A stretch of DNA of 64,000 nt from Eledone cirrhosa (taxonomy: Eukaryota), in contig OZ024756.1 of assembly GCA_964016885.1 (NCBI GenBank), positions 34,348,001 to 34,412,000 on the forward strand, given 5' to 3'. Below the pieces are notes generated by a model. It worked only from the letters and a program-made list of their open reading frames with translations, was not told where the DNA came from and did not search any database. Positions 43,049 through 57,440 of the stretch are shown in pieces. Position numbers and translations under genes: made by a program. Position 1 is the first letter of the stretch, and each line of letters begins with the position of its first letter.

Positions 43049-43864
43049 GGTGTTCCAAAAAAATGTATACACACTTCAACATCATTCTAATAAATATTGC
43101 CTGTTCAGGTAATCAAAATGTGTATACATTTTTGGGGGAACAACCTGTATATTCAGATTTATTCCCAGAGTGGTTATGGCTGGAAAATGTTTGTGATCAT
43201 AGGTCTACCTAATGAGGAGGGGGGGGGGGGTATATAAACAACAACAACAATAATACGCAACACCTTAATACAAGGGATCATCTTAAGTAAATCTCTAAAG
43301 TTCCCATGCACTTTATATAAAGAAACAGCGCGGCTGTAGTCCTATTATGATGTGTGTCTCTCTATGTACCTACATATCCTATATATTTGTCTGTCTATGT
43401 ACCTGCCTATCTTTTATATATATATATATCTGTCTCTTCGATTATTCTATTCAGTCAGTTGTGTATGTGTCTGTCTGCCTGTCCGCCTGCATGTGTTTTG
43501 TTACGGTATTTGTTGTTATTTCTCGATCGAGACAGAGAAAAATGAATGTATATCTTAGTAGTATATTACGTAATAATGCGTATGTTATACGTATACAGCC
43601 TAACTGATAAGTTGCTTGGTAACGGCCCAATAACCAACTATTAACATATATATATATATATATAATATATATATATAAATTTCTCTTGTGCGTAGTATTG
43701 CTTTTAACATGTATGTCGTATGCGTGTTTCGGTGTATATGTATATATTTATCTATATATATACTGTGATACTGTAGAGACTGGAATTTATATATTGACTT
43801 CACGAAAATAACGTCGCGAAGACAAGATTCGAGAAATAAGTTAATGTTATTACTTTTAGGTTCG

Positions 43865-43907
<43 letters not shown>

Positions 43908-44028
43908 GATGTGTTTATGTATGTGTATATATATATGAAGAAATACCAATGAAGGTTGGAAGATCACTGATGAAGGACTAAGTTTATTCATATGTAACCC
44001 TTGTGCAACCACGCAGCACGCCATTTTT

Positions 44029-44059
<31 letters not shown>

Positions 44060-44084
44060 GTGTATATTTACATATATATGTGTG

Positions 44085-44124
<40 letters not shown>

Positions 44125-46162
44125 GTGTGTGTGTGTATTATATTATATATAATAAATAATTACGTTTATTGATTGGTGACGCGCGTTTCGCTATTGATCA
44201 ACTCGAGGTTCGATCTGGCCCTACTCTGGAATCAAAAGCTCGTCGGATCTCTGCTGTGGTAATGACAGTATGAACATATAAAGCATAGAGATGTCTGTAA
44301 CGTTTCGTGGTCATATATAGATATATATCATATATACAGTATATATATACACACACACGCACACACACAGCCATACTAACCCTACCCGTTCTACCACCAC
44401 TATAAACACTCTTAGCAGTGTGACGTCATGCTGTATCGTGCATTCTTCGCAGTATTACAATGAGATGTTGTGTTGTACACAGAGCCAAAATGAAGGCAAA
44501 CCTGCTAGAAGATGCAGTTTAATGGGAACATTTCAGTTCTGTCAAGCAGCCCCTCTGATACAGCTAACATGATAAATTTCATTCAACATATGCTATAAAT
44601 TGTTGGGTGATAGGCAGAACATCGAGCTGTACACGACATCCAGACCAATGAAAAACCCTAATTCCTTATTCACTGACCATGTTAAGGTGCTGCACATGGT
44701 CGTGGGATGGCTAGATAGTAACATTTTGTCTTGACCATTGACGAATGATTGCACCAACTCCCTTTCAGCTACAGAAAATATACATGAAACAAGCTAAACC
44801 CTCATAAACTCTTCTGTCCCCTGAAGGCTGCTGTCTCACCATTGTAACTGACATGATGAAAGCTAGGTCTAGAGAGCTTGTAGATATGATTGGAAAAGAA
44901 GTGTGTAGTTGTAGACCACAACAAAAAGAGGTCAGTAGATGTTGGCTGGGTACAAGAGAGGTTAGATGTTGGCTGGGTACAAAAGGGATGAGTAGATATT
45001 GGCTGGGTACAATTGTGAGGAAGTCTCTTAGTTACATTTCTCTTGGCAAAGAGAGAAGTTTGAGTTTCTATGAGATAACCTGCTGCAAAGCATGTTACTG
45101 TAGATGTATCAAGATTCCAAACAGACACAGATGTAGATATGGTGATAGAGTGGTTAGATAGATTGAACCACACCAGCTAAAACTCTGGAAAATAGGAGGG
45201 GGCAGAGAGTGATACCAGGTCGCTAGAAGGGAAGGTAGATATAAGGTTTATGTTGGTAGGAGGGAAAATATACATTAGGTTTGTGTTGGTAGAAGAGGAG
45301 CTAGATATCAAGTTTGTGTTGGTAGAAGGGAAATATAAGGTTTATTTTGGTAAAAGATTTCAGCTAGATATAAGGTTTATGTTGGTAGAAGGAAAGCTAG
45401 TTATAAGGTTTATGTTGTAGAAAGGAAGATATAAGGTTTATGTTGTAGAAAGGAAGATATAAGGTTTATGTTGTAGAAAGGAAGATACACATCAGGTTTA
45501 TGTTAGTAGTAGGGAAGATAGATGTAAGGTTTATGTTGTAGAAGAGAAGATAGATGTAAATTTTATTGCTGTCCTCCGGGGACTTCTCCATTCTGTCTGC
45601 TGGGGCTGTGGGGAGGCCACCGATATGATTGACTGACTTGTCATTTTATCAGTCAGATATTCACTCATCCACCAACCTCCCTGCCAACCAAACAAACTGT
45701 AGCATGAAAAGAAACTGAAAGTAAGAGATTTGCAAATGTTCTTTGACAAGAGGATGAGGGAAGTTAGATGTTCCAGGTTGCAAAGCAGCATGCCATATGA
45801 ATCAAGACATCATTCCTGACATGCATATATGTAATGGCAGCAGTCACTCTCTCTTATATATATATACATAAAAAGGAAAGGAGCCAATCATCAGATCAGC
45901 TCATTCATGCTTCGGCGTTCATATACATTAATGTTACACATCCAACAGAGCATGCTTCATTCGTTTCACTCCTGCCTTTGCATATATCCTGCATTCATTG
46001 CCAATGTTTCACTATCATGCAGGCATCACACAGTCTCATATATATATATATATATATTAAGAAAGAGAGATCAAAGACACAGTTCAATATTGCCAATGTC
46101 TCACTACCATGCATGCATCATACAATCTCATATATATATATATGCATGTGTATGTGTATGTG

Positions 46163-46207
<45 letters not shown>

Positions 46208-47631
46208 CCCATGCTAGCGTGGAAGATAGACGTTAAATGATGATGATGATATATATATATATATATTAAAAAAGAGATGAAAGTTACAGTTCAATATATT
46301 TTATTTGTAATCACATCCCTAACATGCCGTAAATGAAGGCCTCATACTGTTTATGGAGTCTACATAATATTTGTTATTAGTAGTGACAGGTTACTGCGGC
46401 AAACCTTTGAAGTAAGCAGTCATTATTAATAACACACACACACACACACACTAAACTGTATATTAGCAGCCCTCAAGTATCTATCATGACAATATGTATT
46501 TCAAAAATACACATGTTCCCCATTTATCTATTCCACCATCTCTGTTCAACAACAACTAATCTGCTAGTAATTAGTAATATATTCAATTGTTCACTAAGTA
46601 ACTGGAGTATACTAATAAGTTCATATCTGTACCGAAACAGTACAAGTTTTAACTGAAACTGTGACAAATATCATTATCATCATTTTACGTCCCTTTTCCC
46701 TGCTTTGTAAGGGTAGGTCTGCAATTCTCATTTGTTGTGCTCATAGCTTTTGGCAGTAGTATATACTGGTTGGATTCCCTTCCTAACACCAGCACCACTT
46801 TGCAGCATGGACTGGGTGCTTTTATTCGTGCCACCAGCACTAGAGAGGTTGTCTTACTGGACTCAGGGGCCCTCTCTACCCCTCCATTTTACGGCATGGA
46901 CTAGGTGCTTTTATTCATGCCACCAGCAGTAGAGAGGTTGTCTTACTGGACTCAGGGGCCCTCTCTACCCCTCCATTTTACGGCATGGACTAGGTGCTTT
47001 TATTCATGCCACCAGCAGTAGAGAGGTTGTCTTACTGGACTCAGGGGCCCTATCCACCCCTCAAATATATGTATCAAAATCCCTATCATCATCACCGTTT
47101 AATGTCTATTTTCAATGCTTGCACGAGTTATGCATAGTGAAAAAGACGAACAGCTGGACATGAGTTTCGGTTTTTATTAAGACTTTCATCAGAAGATATT
47201 TACATCTTTTTTTGCAGTCCATGGAGAAATATGTAACTAGCAGATCAAGTGACCATGTTGAGGCTCTCATAATAATTACTGCTGCTGTCACCACCTGTGT
47301 CACTACTGCTACTACTACTATCACCACTACACCCCCACTACCATCACAAACACTACTATTATCACCACCAACACCACTACTACCACTAACACTATCACCA
47401 CAACAACTACAAACACCACTACTATTACTATCACCACCACCACCATTACTACCATCACACCACCACCATCACTACCACCACCACACTATCACCAGTAGCT
47501 ACTAGTTAATATACCTACCTACTAAATCACATCAGATCATGTCACATTTTAAGTCATTTTAGTCAGATATTTCTTTTTCTTTCTAAAGCTACTTATTCTC
47601 TAAATCTCTAAATACAGTTATGCATCAACAC

Positions 47632-47666
<35 letters not shown>

Positions 47667-50600
47667 CGATATATTAACAAATGGAAACTATATTTATAAA
47701 ACCATATTTATTTCATTATACATATTTCAAGGACACCAAGTTAAATTATGGTGTGCTTTCATCAGATAAAATATAATATAGAACAGTCTTATAACTAAAT
47801 ATTGACATACCCTTAAAGAATGCGACCATTTCTGTTGGAAGCTCCCGGATAGAAATGGTCGCATTCTTTAAGGGTATGTCAATATTTATTTATAAAACTG
47901 TTCTATATTATATTTTATCTGATGAAAGCACACCATAATTTAACTTGGTGTCCTTGAAATATGTATAATGAAATAAATATGGTTTTATAAATATAGTTTT
48001 CATTTGTTAATACATCGTATTTTTACTCCAATGATTTGTTGAGTGCTTTATATCAGTTATAAAAATATTTGTTTGTTGTATCCCAACAATTTAAATAGAA
48101 CTTCTATATATATATACACACACACACACACAACCTATACAGTATATGTCGTGGCCACAATTCGGTGCTATCTTACTCATTCGTTCTATGTTTATACTAC
48201 TTACTTTAGGTTAGTGTTGTTGTATAACAATGCAAAAAATACTTCGGAAGTTACATCTTGCATTGAGATTACGGCATCTTGGTAAGTCACTGTATGTAGT
48301 TAGTTTCCGTGTTTTATATATCATTATCATCATCATCATCATCACTGTTTTATGTCTATTTTCTGTGTTGACATGGGTTAGATGGGTTAAGTTCTGAGAT
48401 TAAACAGGCCAGGTAACTATGCTCATATGTTGCATATTTTAGCAAGGTTTCTACAGTTGGATGGCCCTTCTTAATACCAACTACTTTGCAGGTGTATTAT
48501 TATCATGGTAGCAGAACTAATTAATACCTTACAGGGTGGACTGGGTGCTTTTTATCATGGCACAAGCACTACCATCATACAGGGTTCATTGGGTTCTTTT
48601 ATATGGTTTGCATTTTTTGACCAGAGTTTCTCAAACTTTTTCAAACGCAGAACCCTTTTTGTTTCAGAAACTTTTAGGGGAACCCTAAAGTCTAATACTG
48701 TTACATGGTCGTAATATAAATATACTCCTCTACCGTTTTTTCACGGAACCCCAGAGACTCCTTTGCGGAACCCACTATGAGAACCACTGGTTTAGACAAC
48801 CCTCTCCTGTACAGCATCCCTACACTTATCTCTTTCTTTTGTCACATCTCCTATGTGAAGTTTAACATCATGGGAGCTGCTCACACCTCTTCTGCCTAGG
48901 TCTTCCTTGGCCTACTTCTAGCACTTCTTTCTTCAACTTAAAACTTCTGACAGTTCTCACCAATCATCTGTATATGTGTCACGTCTATGCCAGTGCAATC
49001 ATCTCTCTTACACAACATCTAATTGCTTTTATACCCAGTTTTTTCGCTTAACTCATCTGTGCTTCGTCATTCATGCACAGTAATGTGTAATGACACATCC
49101 TGTAGAGCATGCTCAATTCATTTCTTTTTTAGTCTTTCCATATCCATCACATTCAATGATAATGTTTCACTCCAATATAACACTGCACTTTGTACACAAA
49201 TATCATAAAATCTACCTTCCACTTGGAGAGAGAGAAGCCCTTCATTGCCAAAAGAGGTAACAGCTCCCTGAACTTTTTCCTACTCTGTTCTTATTCTGGC
49301 TGCTATCTTTTCTGAACACTTTCCTCCACCACTAATTAGGTCAGCTAGGTGAAAGAAGCTATCAACTATTTTTAATAAAAACACTGCCTATAATTTGCAA
49401 ATATTTTGAAAATAATCAATAATTTGGAGGAATTTAGTAATATAACTAACTTTCTCGTTAAGCTTGTGTTTTGAGCCTTACAAAAGTTCTTAGATAAAAT
49501 TATGATGAAAAGTTTTTAGATAAATATAAACATTTTAAAACAAACAATTTTGTATTGTAGAACCAGAGGCAGTTTTGGGGTGTTTGGTATTACATGGATT
49601 AAAATAAACAGCAGTTTTAGGCAGCTTGGTATTAGATGGGTTAACCCTTTAGCATTTAAACCAGCATTATCCGGCCAGAATTCTCTCACTTCTTTCTGTT
49701 CAAACCGGCTGTAACCAACCACTCATATGTATTGTTCTCAAAATAAATAATATCAAAATCTCATAGATTCAATATTATGTAAGATAATTAGTTTGAGAAA
49801 AAAATCCCCCCAAATCTGTGTTTCTTTGTCATTACAGAAGATGAAGAAGAGGAGAGTATTGAAGTAGACACTGATGATGATGATGATGATGATGATGGCG
49901 ATAATAATGTTGATGAACAGCAACAACATGCAGCTACGAGCAGGAAACGGGTGTCTTCACGACCATTCTTTAATACGACATTTGACAAGTCTTTACCTGT
50001 AGCTCATTCGGTAATTGCATTCTTCTTTACAATGTTCTTCTATTCTATTACTGGCTTTCATTCCTTAAGCTGGGGCAACATCTTCAAGAGATTTTAGTCA
50101 ATCACATTGACCATAATACTTTTTTTTTCAAGCTTGGTACTTATGTAGTGCTGAAGCCATGAAGCTAAGTGGTAGTGCTGGTGCCATGAAAAAATACACC
50201 CAGTACACTCTGCTAAGTGGTAGTGCTGGCGCCATGTATGTATAATACATGTCCAACCCATGCAAGCATGGAAAAGAGAACATAAAAACGATGAGGATGG
50301 TGATGATATATACAGATCCGGTATGAGAAAGATATCTCCTGACCTGACTTGTCTCATAACATGACAAACCCATCTAACCCATGCAAGCATGGAAAATGAT
50401 GATGTTATATATATATGTGTGTGTGTATATAATTAAAAATTTCCTTTTGATTTTTCAGTATTTAGGTGAGGATCTGGAAGAAGTACGTGGTCGGACAATT
50501 CATGATGATGAAGCTTGTATATCTTTGCCGATTATCACACTGCCCAGTGTCATCCTGGTACCTGGACAGACAATACCTCTCCATCTTTTCCAGTCCCACA

Positions 50601-53600
50601 CAGTGGCCATGATGAAAAACCTTCTGGACAAGGACAAAACCTTTGGCGTTATTACGACAAGGTAACTTAATCCTTTTGACATCTACCCAATTAAAACCAG
50701 CTCTGGTTCCATGAAAGAAACCCACCCATTTTAAAGAGTTCCTATTTAACTCCTTTTGATACTAATCTGGCTAAAACAAAACAATTGTAAAGAGTTCTTA
50801 TTCAAAATAAACTCTTCCAATATAATTTTATATAAGAACCATTTTAGTTACTATCATAGTAATTAAATAATTAATAATTTTATTACATCTCTCAAAATGA
50901 TTCATTAATTAATTGAAATACAAGGTATTTCATGAGAAATACGGTATTGAAAGGGTTAATCCTGTAGCATTTATATTACTCCATATATACTATTATATTT
51001 TCATGGTAAAGGCATAATCTCACATAATATTGAATCTATGAGATTTTGATATTATTTATTTTGAGAACAATACCTTAACATCAATATGAGCAGCCAGTTT
51101 GAACAGAGAGAGATGAGAGAATTCTTTTTGTATTTGTTTTCTTATTTGTTATTTTTTCCGTTTGCTTTTCTAAAAGTTATTCCCCAGACGATGACTCTTC
51201 TTCTATGGCCAGCATCGGCACCACAGCTGAGATCTATTCCATTAAAGATGAAACTGATAATCAATCAGGTATAGCTACTGTTAAAATGAAGGCTCGAGGA
51301 CGTCAGAGGTTCCGGGTGATTGAATTCCATCGACAAACTCATGGGTAAGTCTGTTCTCCTCTTCTCACTTTGAGGGACATGCCATGTGGTTAGGGGGCCG
51401 CTGATCCCTTCTCACTCTGAGGGACATGTCACGTGGTTAAATGACTGCTGCTCCCTCCTCTCACTCTTAGGGACATGTCATGTAATTGGGGCTGCTGGGG
51501 CCTTTTTACCTACCCCTTTCCAGTTAACGTGTTGTTACAGTCTGAGCCAGTTCTTACTCAGGGTTACTGATGCTCTCCTAGGGACCACATCTTACTTGTA
51601 CATAAAAATACCCTTTGGTGTTGTTTCTAAGGCTATATGCCCTTAACACCAACCACTTCAGAGAGTGTACTGGGTGCATTGTCCTCAGTAAGACTAAACA
51701 GTTTACTCTACACTACATTGTCTCCATCCATTCACCAACAAAGTTACTTCCAGCTCTCTGCTCTCAAAACGCACCTCCTTCCAAATACTGAAGGCTGAAT
51801 TGCATCACCACCACCACCATCATCACCACTTCCACGATCATCATCATCATCAATGTACTCTGGCTATTCTATCCTATCTCTATTATATTGAACATCTCAC
51901 AAGAAATGATCAAGAGGAAATAATTAAAATGTATTTTATTTTTCTGTTAACCCCATCCATACTAATTTCTTCCAGAATCCTGATGGCTAAGGTGCATATA
52001 TTACCTGAGAAGATCCAGTCGGACTATTTAGACGGAGCTCGACCACAAAGCCATTATAAGTTCTGTTGTTGTCCCACCCAGCAGGACTTGGTAGTGAAAA
52101 CAGCAGTTGATAGGAATGGTGAAATACTGAGAAAAGTCAGTATGTTAACAAATAAACAGGTGAGCTTTTTTTTAACCCTTTCATGGTTATATTTCTCATA
52201 GAAGACACTGCCTATGCTGTTCAATTGATTTGAAAATAACCAGGAATTTGAAGGGATTTAGTAATATAACTTTCTCATTATTAGGTGTGGGTGTTTAGAA
52301 CATAGATTAACAAAAGTTATCATGGGAAATTATGATAGAAGAGTTTTACATACAAAACAATGCCTATGGTGTTCAAATTGTTTTGAAAATAACCAGGAAT
52401 TTGAAGGGATTTAATAATATAACTTTCTCATTATTAGGTGGGTGTTTGGAACATAACTTAACAAAGATTCTTACAGGAAATTATGATAGAAGAGTTTTAG
52501 ATAAACACTTTAATCCTTTCCTTATCTTATGTCTAATGAAATTGTTTTGAAAATAAACCAAGAATTTGAAGAGATTTAGTAATATATATATAAGTTGTGT
52601 CAGGGACACGACAGCCTCTCTAGTGCTGGTGATCTACACAATAAAAACACCCAATACATGCTGTAAAGTGGTTAGTGTTAGGAAAGGCATCCAGCCATAG
52701 AAAACTTGACAAACAAGGAGTTTAGTTTGTGTCAAAAGACCCAACAACTCTGCACTCAATATGACCGTATGTAAGCTAAATACAGACCCCTTGGCCTGTA
52801 TAGGACTAGCTTCAGTACTGAGTTGGTCTATGTAGACCCATCCAACCCTTGCTAGCAGGGAAAGCAGGCGTTAAATGATGATGATATGTATGATGCTATG
52901 TTTTACCTTTGATTCTTTTATATATTTTGACAGCTGGATAAATTCACATCCTCCTATTTTACACAATGGCCTCCTTGGGTCTATAAAATGTATGATACGG
53001 TAAGTAAAACAGCTGTTGTTATCATCCATACACATTACATATCTCTTGCACACAACAGACCATTCCTCTTATACCCATCTGTTCTTTTAACTCATCTTTG
53101 CTTTATTCTTTATGTCTGTACCAAAGTAAGTCTTCTCTCTTGCACACAACATCCATTCACATTACGTCTGTAACAGTGCAGTCTTCTCTCATGTACACAA
53201 CATCCATTCACATTCCATGTCTGTAACAGTGCAGTCTTCTCTCTTACACACAACATCCATACACATTACATGTCTGTACCAATGCAGTCCCATTCAATGT
53301 CTGTAACAGTGCAGTCTTCTCTCTTACACACAACATCCAAACACATTACGTCTGTAATAGTGCAGTCTTCTGTTACACACAACATCCAATTCCTTTTATG
53401 TTCCTGTATTTTCCAGGAGAATCTGATTCAACGTATACGCAAGGAACTGTGTAGCTGGAATGAAAGCTTGAAGACAGAGGTTTCTGGGATGGATCCTGTA
53501 GATTTCTCCTATTGGGTTCTACAGAATTTACCCCTTGACGACAGCAGACGTATTCATTTGCTTGGCATTGACAGTGCCGTGCAGAGGTTGCGCTGTGAAC

Positions 53601-55081
53601 TTAGCATCATGCAGAATGTACGTGATGAGAAATTTATCCATTCATTTATTTATTTATCTATCATCATCATCATCACCACCGTTGTCGGTTTCATGTAAGC
53701 TCATGATATGTTTCTGCTCTGCATAACTTGAACCAAAATACTCACCACTTGCACATATCAGTGGCAGTGGCAAATTAGCAGTCATTAGACCATCAGATAG
53801 AATGTTTTGTGGTTTTCCTTCAGGCTTTCTGAGTACAAATCCTGCTGACGTCAAATTTTTGCCTTTCATCCTTCAAAGTTGATATAAAAATCTACCAGTC
53901 TAATAATTGTATCTACTTTAGGCACAAGGCCAGCAATTTGAAGGTGAGGGGAAAGTCGATTAAATCGACCGCAGTGCATTACTGGTACTTTATTTTATCG
54001 ACCACTGTCAGGATGAAAGGCAAAGCTAACCTCGGTGGGATTTGAACTCAGAACATAAAGGGCCGTAAATCTATGCCGCAAAGAGTCTAATAATACTGGA
54101 GTCGATTCTTTTATCTCTTTCTCATTTCTTCTGTCGAAATCTCAGTGTTTTTTGTTGTTGTTTCAGTGTTCTATCCTGTGTTGTCGGAAGTGTGATTCAG
54201 AAGTGGCTAACAAGAACGATGTGTTCAGCATGTCATTGGAAGGTCCTTTAGCAGCATATGTCAACCCTGGAGGTCACGTACATGAGACAATCACTGTATA
54301 TAAGGCAAAAGGACTGACTCTCATTGGACAACCGTCAACTGAAAACAGCTGGTTCCCTGGGTAATGTATTGTCTCTTTGGTTGTTGCTTTTGTTTTTGCT
54401 TTTTTGTCAACTAAAAATGCAACTAGAACTAGGTTATTGATGCAGCAATGAATTGCTAGAAATAGCAGCTATCTCTTCAAATAATAAAAAAAGAAAGGAC
54501 TTATTGGATAATGTAAACTTAGTGAACAACAATAAATGGTTTAACCCTTTAACATTACTCTGTATTTACTATTATATTTTCACAGTAAAGGCTTTACCTC
54601 ACATAATATTGAATCTATGAGATTTTGATATTTATTTTGAGAACAATACCTTAACATCAGTATGAGCGACTGGTTATAACAGAAAGAAGTGAGAGAATTC
54701 TGGCCGGATTAATTGCTAAAGGGTTAAAGCCATTTTTCCTGCTAAAGTAGGGGCTAACCCTGCAGACTTCTTACTCATCAAGGGCTAAGTCTCTCTCTCT
54801 CTCTTTCACACATACATACTCAATAAAACTGATGATGTTGTCGGCCAACTTTGTCATCTCGATCCCCTGCTATATCGTGTCTCCACCCACTTTATCTTGT
54901 TCTTATTTGTTATTCTATTTACAGATATGCTTGGACAATAATCAACTGCAACCAGTGTGGTTCCCACATGGGCTGGCGTTTTACCGCTGCCAAACGTAAA
55001 CTGGTACCACAGAAGTTCTGGGGTTTGTGCCGTGCCTCTCTTATTCCTGGAATAAACAATACCGATGTCTTAGTCTTATGA
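41597..55081 (+). CDS. CRBN: Protein cereblon (LON-N domain + CULT/thalidomide-binding domain), 9 exons, ~468 aa
   Basis: Exons: 41597-41657 ([12 protein letters not shown]..., least certain but its phase 1 matches exon 2), 49838-50010 ([10 protein letters not shown]), 50459-50661 ([17 protein letters not shown]...[10 protein letters not shown]), 51177-51344 (GTTAEIY...GRQRF), 51976-52159, 52934-52999 ([10 protein letters not shown]), 53417-53617 (DPVDFSYWV...QRLRCEL), 54167-54360 (CCRKC...[11 protein letters not shown]...SWFPG), 54925-55081 ([19 protein letters not shown]...KFWGL). Zn-binding CxxC pairs and the tri-Trp pocket are present. Confidence 0.95.
43044..43149. mobile_element. Tc1/mariner-type MITE (partial copy at 4659-4728)
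   Basis: TIRs CAAGGTGTTCCAAAAAAATGTATACAC / GTGTATACATTTTTGGGGGAACAACCTG-TA. Confidence 0.7.
45230..45560. repeat. ~27-33-bp minisatellite (AGATATAAGGTTTATGTTGGTAGAAGG)
   Basis: About 10 degenerate units in CRBN intron 1. Confidence 0.85.
46805..47062. repeat. 89-bp tandem repeat x~3
   Basis: GCATGGACTRGGTGCTTTTATTC recurs at about 46805, 46894 and 46983. Confidence 0.9.
47710..47772 (-). ncRNA. Mirror-image hammerhead (antisense arm of the CRBN-intron fold-back)
   Basis: Inverted copy of 47912-47974. Confidence 0.68.
47912..47974 (+). ncRNA. Type I hammerhead ribozyme in CRBN intron 1 (sense)
   Basis: attttat-CTGATGA-AAGCACACCA taatttaact TGGTGTCCTT-GAAA-tatgtata-atgaaat. Helix I 7 bp, AUA site. 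Confidence 0.72.
48622..48789. mobile_element. hAT-type MITE, inverted copy of 13757-13940
   Basis: CAGAGTTTCTCAAACTTTTTC...GAGAACCACTG; internal sequence is reverse-complement similar; degenerate 8-bp TSD. Confidence 0.75.
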
Positions 55082-56959
55082 AAAACAAACAATGTTTAGT
55101 CTCGCAAGGATAAAGAAAAATAACAACTATATACGCCAGAAAGACCTAAAAAACAAATCCCTAAATAAAACAAACTTGTCTTGCCTCTCCTACTTCTCCC
55201 AACAAACATAAAATAAACCCCCTACTCCCCTTTACAAAAGAAAATATCAAAACACAAAACTTATTGACAATGTTCCAGTGTCTGTAGTCAAATGTCTTCT
55301 CTCAATCAATGACTTAATTCTGTTTGTCTCAGTCTTAAGACATGTCTCAGTTTTATGACTGGTCTTAACCCCTGTATATTTTCCAACTATTAAAAGCTAT
55401 CAAAGTGTTAGACTGGCTGACATAGGAATGTTATTATTATTGTTATTATTATTTTGACTGTGTTGCATCACTGGGCACAGCTAAGTGGGCCTTGGATATG
55501 TGCAGTGTTGTTTCTATAATTACTACATTTTTTTTGTGCTTTCACTACATTACTGAGTAAGCACAGCTCTGTGTGCCTTGGATATGTGCAGTGTTTTATA
55601 TTTGCTTTGTTTCTGTTGTATTTAAAATATTCTCCATTATCATGAAGATTGTGGATTGCCAGAATTGTTAGAGCATCAGATAAAATGCCTTATGGTATTT
55701 GTTCCGATTCTTTGCATTCTGAGTTCAAATCCCACTGAGGTTAATTTTGCCTCTCATCCATCCGGTGTCAATAAAATAAAGAATCAGTCTAGTACTGGGT
55801 TTGATTTAATCGACTTTCTCCTTTTCCTAAATTTGCTGGCCTTGTGTTTATGTTAGAAATTATAATTATTTAGTTCTCCCAGCAGTAATAACAAAATGCC
55901 CCTTCATCTACAATACAAAGCTATTTACTTTTAAATGTTTATATTTATCGAAGCAAACTTCCATGTAAGAACCTTAGTCAAGTTATGCTTCAAACATTAA
56001 CTTAACTTAACTTTTATCATTGTCTACCATATGAAACTGTGTTAGCCAAACATTCTTTAAAAATATAAAACAGCTGTATGTCTGTATCACATTAAAAAAT
56101 TATCTATCTACTAATAATGATATAAATATTTAAAATGACAAACCTGTTTTTTGATATTTTCTGTTAAATCATTACATGATGTTAAGAGTCAATGGTGAAA
56201 AAATTATATTACTAAATCCTTCCAAATTCCTGATTATTTTCAAAACAATATGAAAATTCTAGGCAGTGTCTTTCATTAGAAATATGGGTATGTTTCTAGA
56301 AATGTGTGTTGCTCCCTATCTACTTAAATATGGGGTTTTTTTTTTGATTAGTCGGAAAAGGGAGGGCATCACCCATCTCACCCGTGATCTGGGACCAAGT
56401 GAGAGGGAAGAAGAGTTATTTTCAGACCAAAGATTTGCAACAGAGTGGCTTTTGTTGAAACCCCCTATAAGTCCAAGTGGTGATGGTAAACTGGGAAAAT
56501 GATCCTTCCAACAGATTTCTGCACAGTTGCTGTCTACCAAATTCACTTCCAGTGCTTTTATTAACCCAAGGTTATTAGTAGACCACACAACCAAATTGGT
56601 TATATAGTAGGATTAAGCCCCAAACCATGTAGTTTAGAAATGAACTTCTTAAACACACAGCCATGCTTTCAAAAGATTTTCTACATCACTAATTATTGAT
56701 TTTTTTTTTTTTGTCTATTGCTATTATTTTGTCAATTTATTTTATTGTTCAATATCAGGCACTTTTAATAAAGTGATTCAACATTATAATCTAAATTTGT
56801 GGTATTAGACATATCTGTTTATCTGTTTTATATGTGTTTTTTTATGATAGCATCAGTATGTCCACCTTACAGGGTGGATTGGATGCTTTTTTTGAAATGG
56901 CACCAGCATGACTACCTTGCAAGGTGAATATATATATATATATATTTTCAAGTCTTCAC

Positions 56960-57440
56960 ATATCCTCCGCATTTACTGCAATTAACATGCTGGCACCATA
57001 CAGTTGTCCTTTCGTTTGTAATGAGAGACATTTTGCTGTGAACAGAGACAGTAGCTCCCTGAACTTCTTTTCCAGCCTCTTCTTATTCTAGCTCCAATGC
57101 TCCTGGTACAACTACCTCCACTTCTAATTAGATCACCTAGGTAGCAAAAGATATCAGTCACGTCTATGGCGCTTATACTACAAGTTACTCTTGTGAATCT
57201 CCCACACACAAAGCCTACTTGTCTACACCTCTTGTGTAACCCAGTTTTACATTGTGTACAGCTCCTGCTTATTCCTTGTCTACATATTGAGTATGGCAAC
57301 CTCCCTGATGGAACCAGAGTCCTGTCTCCTTTCTTATTTACTAAAACTTTAGTCTGAGTTCTTTTGATTTTCCATAGTTGGTCTTTCTTTTCTAGTTCTT
57401 CCCTTGATTCAGCAATGACTACATAGTTAATATACTGTAG
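56960..57440 (-). mobile_element. RTE-clade LINE reverse transcriptase fragment (related debris ~39080-39480, 48800-49370, 57860-58170)
   Basis: Degenerate C..C...HKRC...FCYLGDLIRSGGSC..SIGARIRRGWKR with frameshifts. Confidence 0.65.

Larger units (their letters stand above)
47664..48020. mobile_element. 357-bp fold-back element (arms ~170 bp) abutting (TA)n; Penelope-like derivative
   Basis: ATACGATATATTAACAAATG... is mirrored by ...CATTTGTTAATACATCGTAT with few mismatches; centre near 47842. Confidence 0.8.

Noticed and set aside
43960-44020. CTGATGAAGG hammerhead-like start
   Set aside because: No GAAA, helix III or helix I partner downstream; the same applies to CTGATGA at ~38295 and ~54830.
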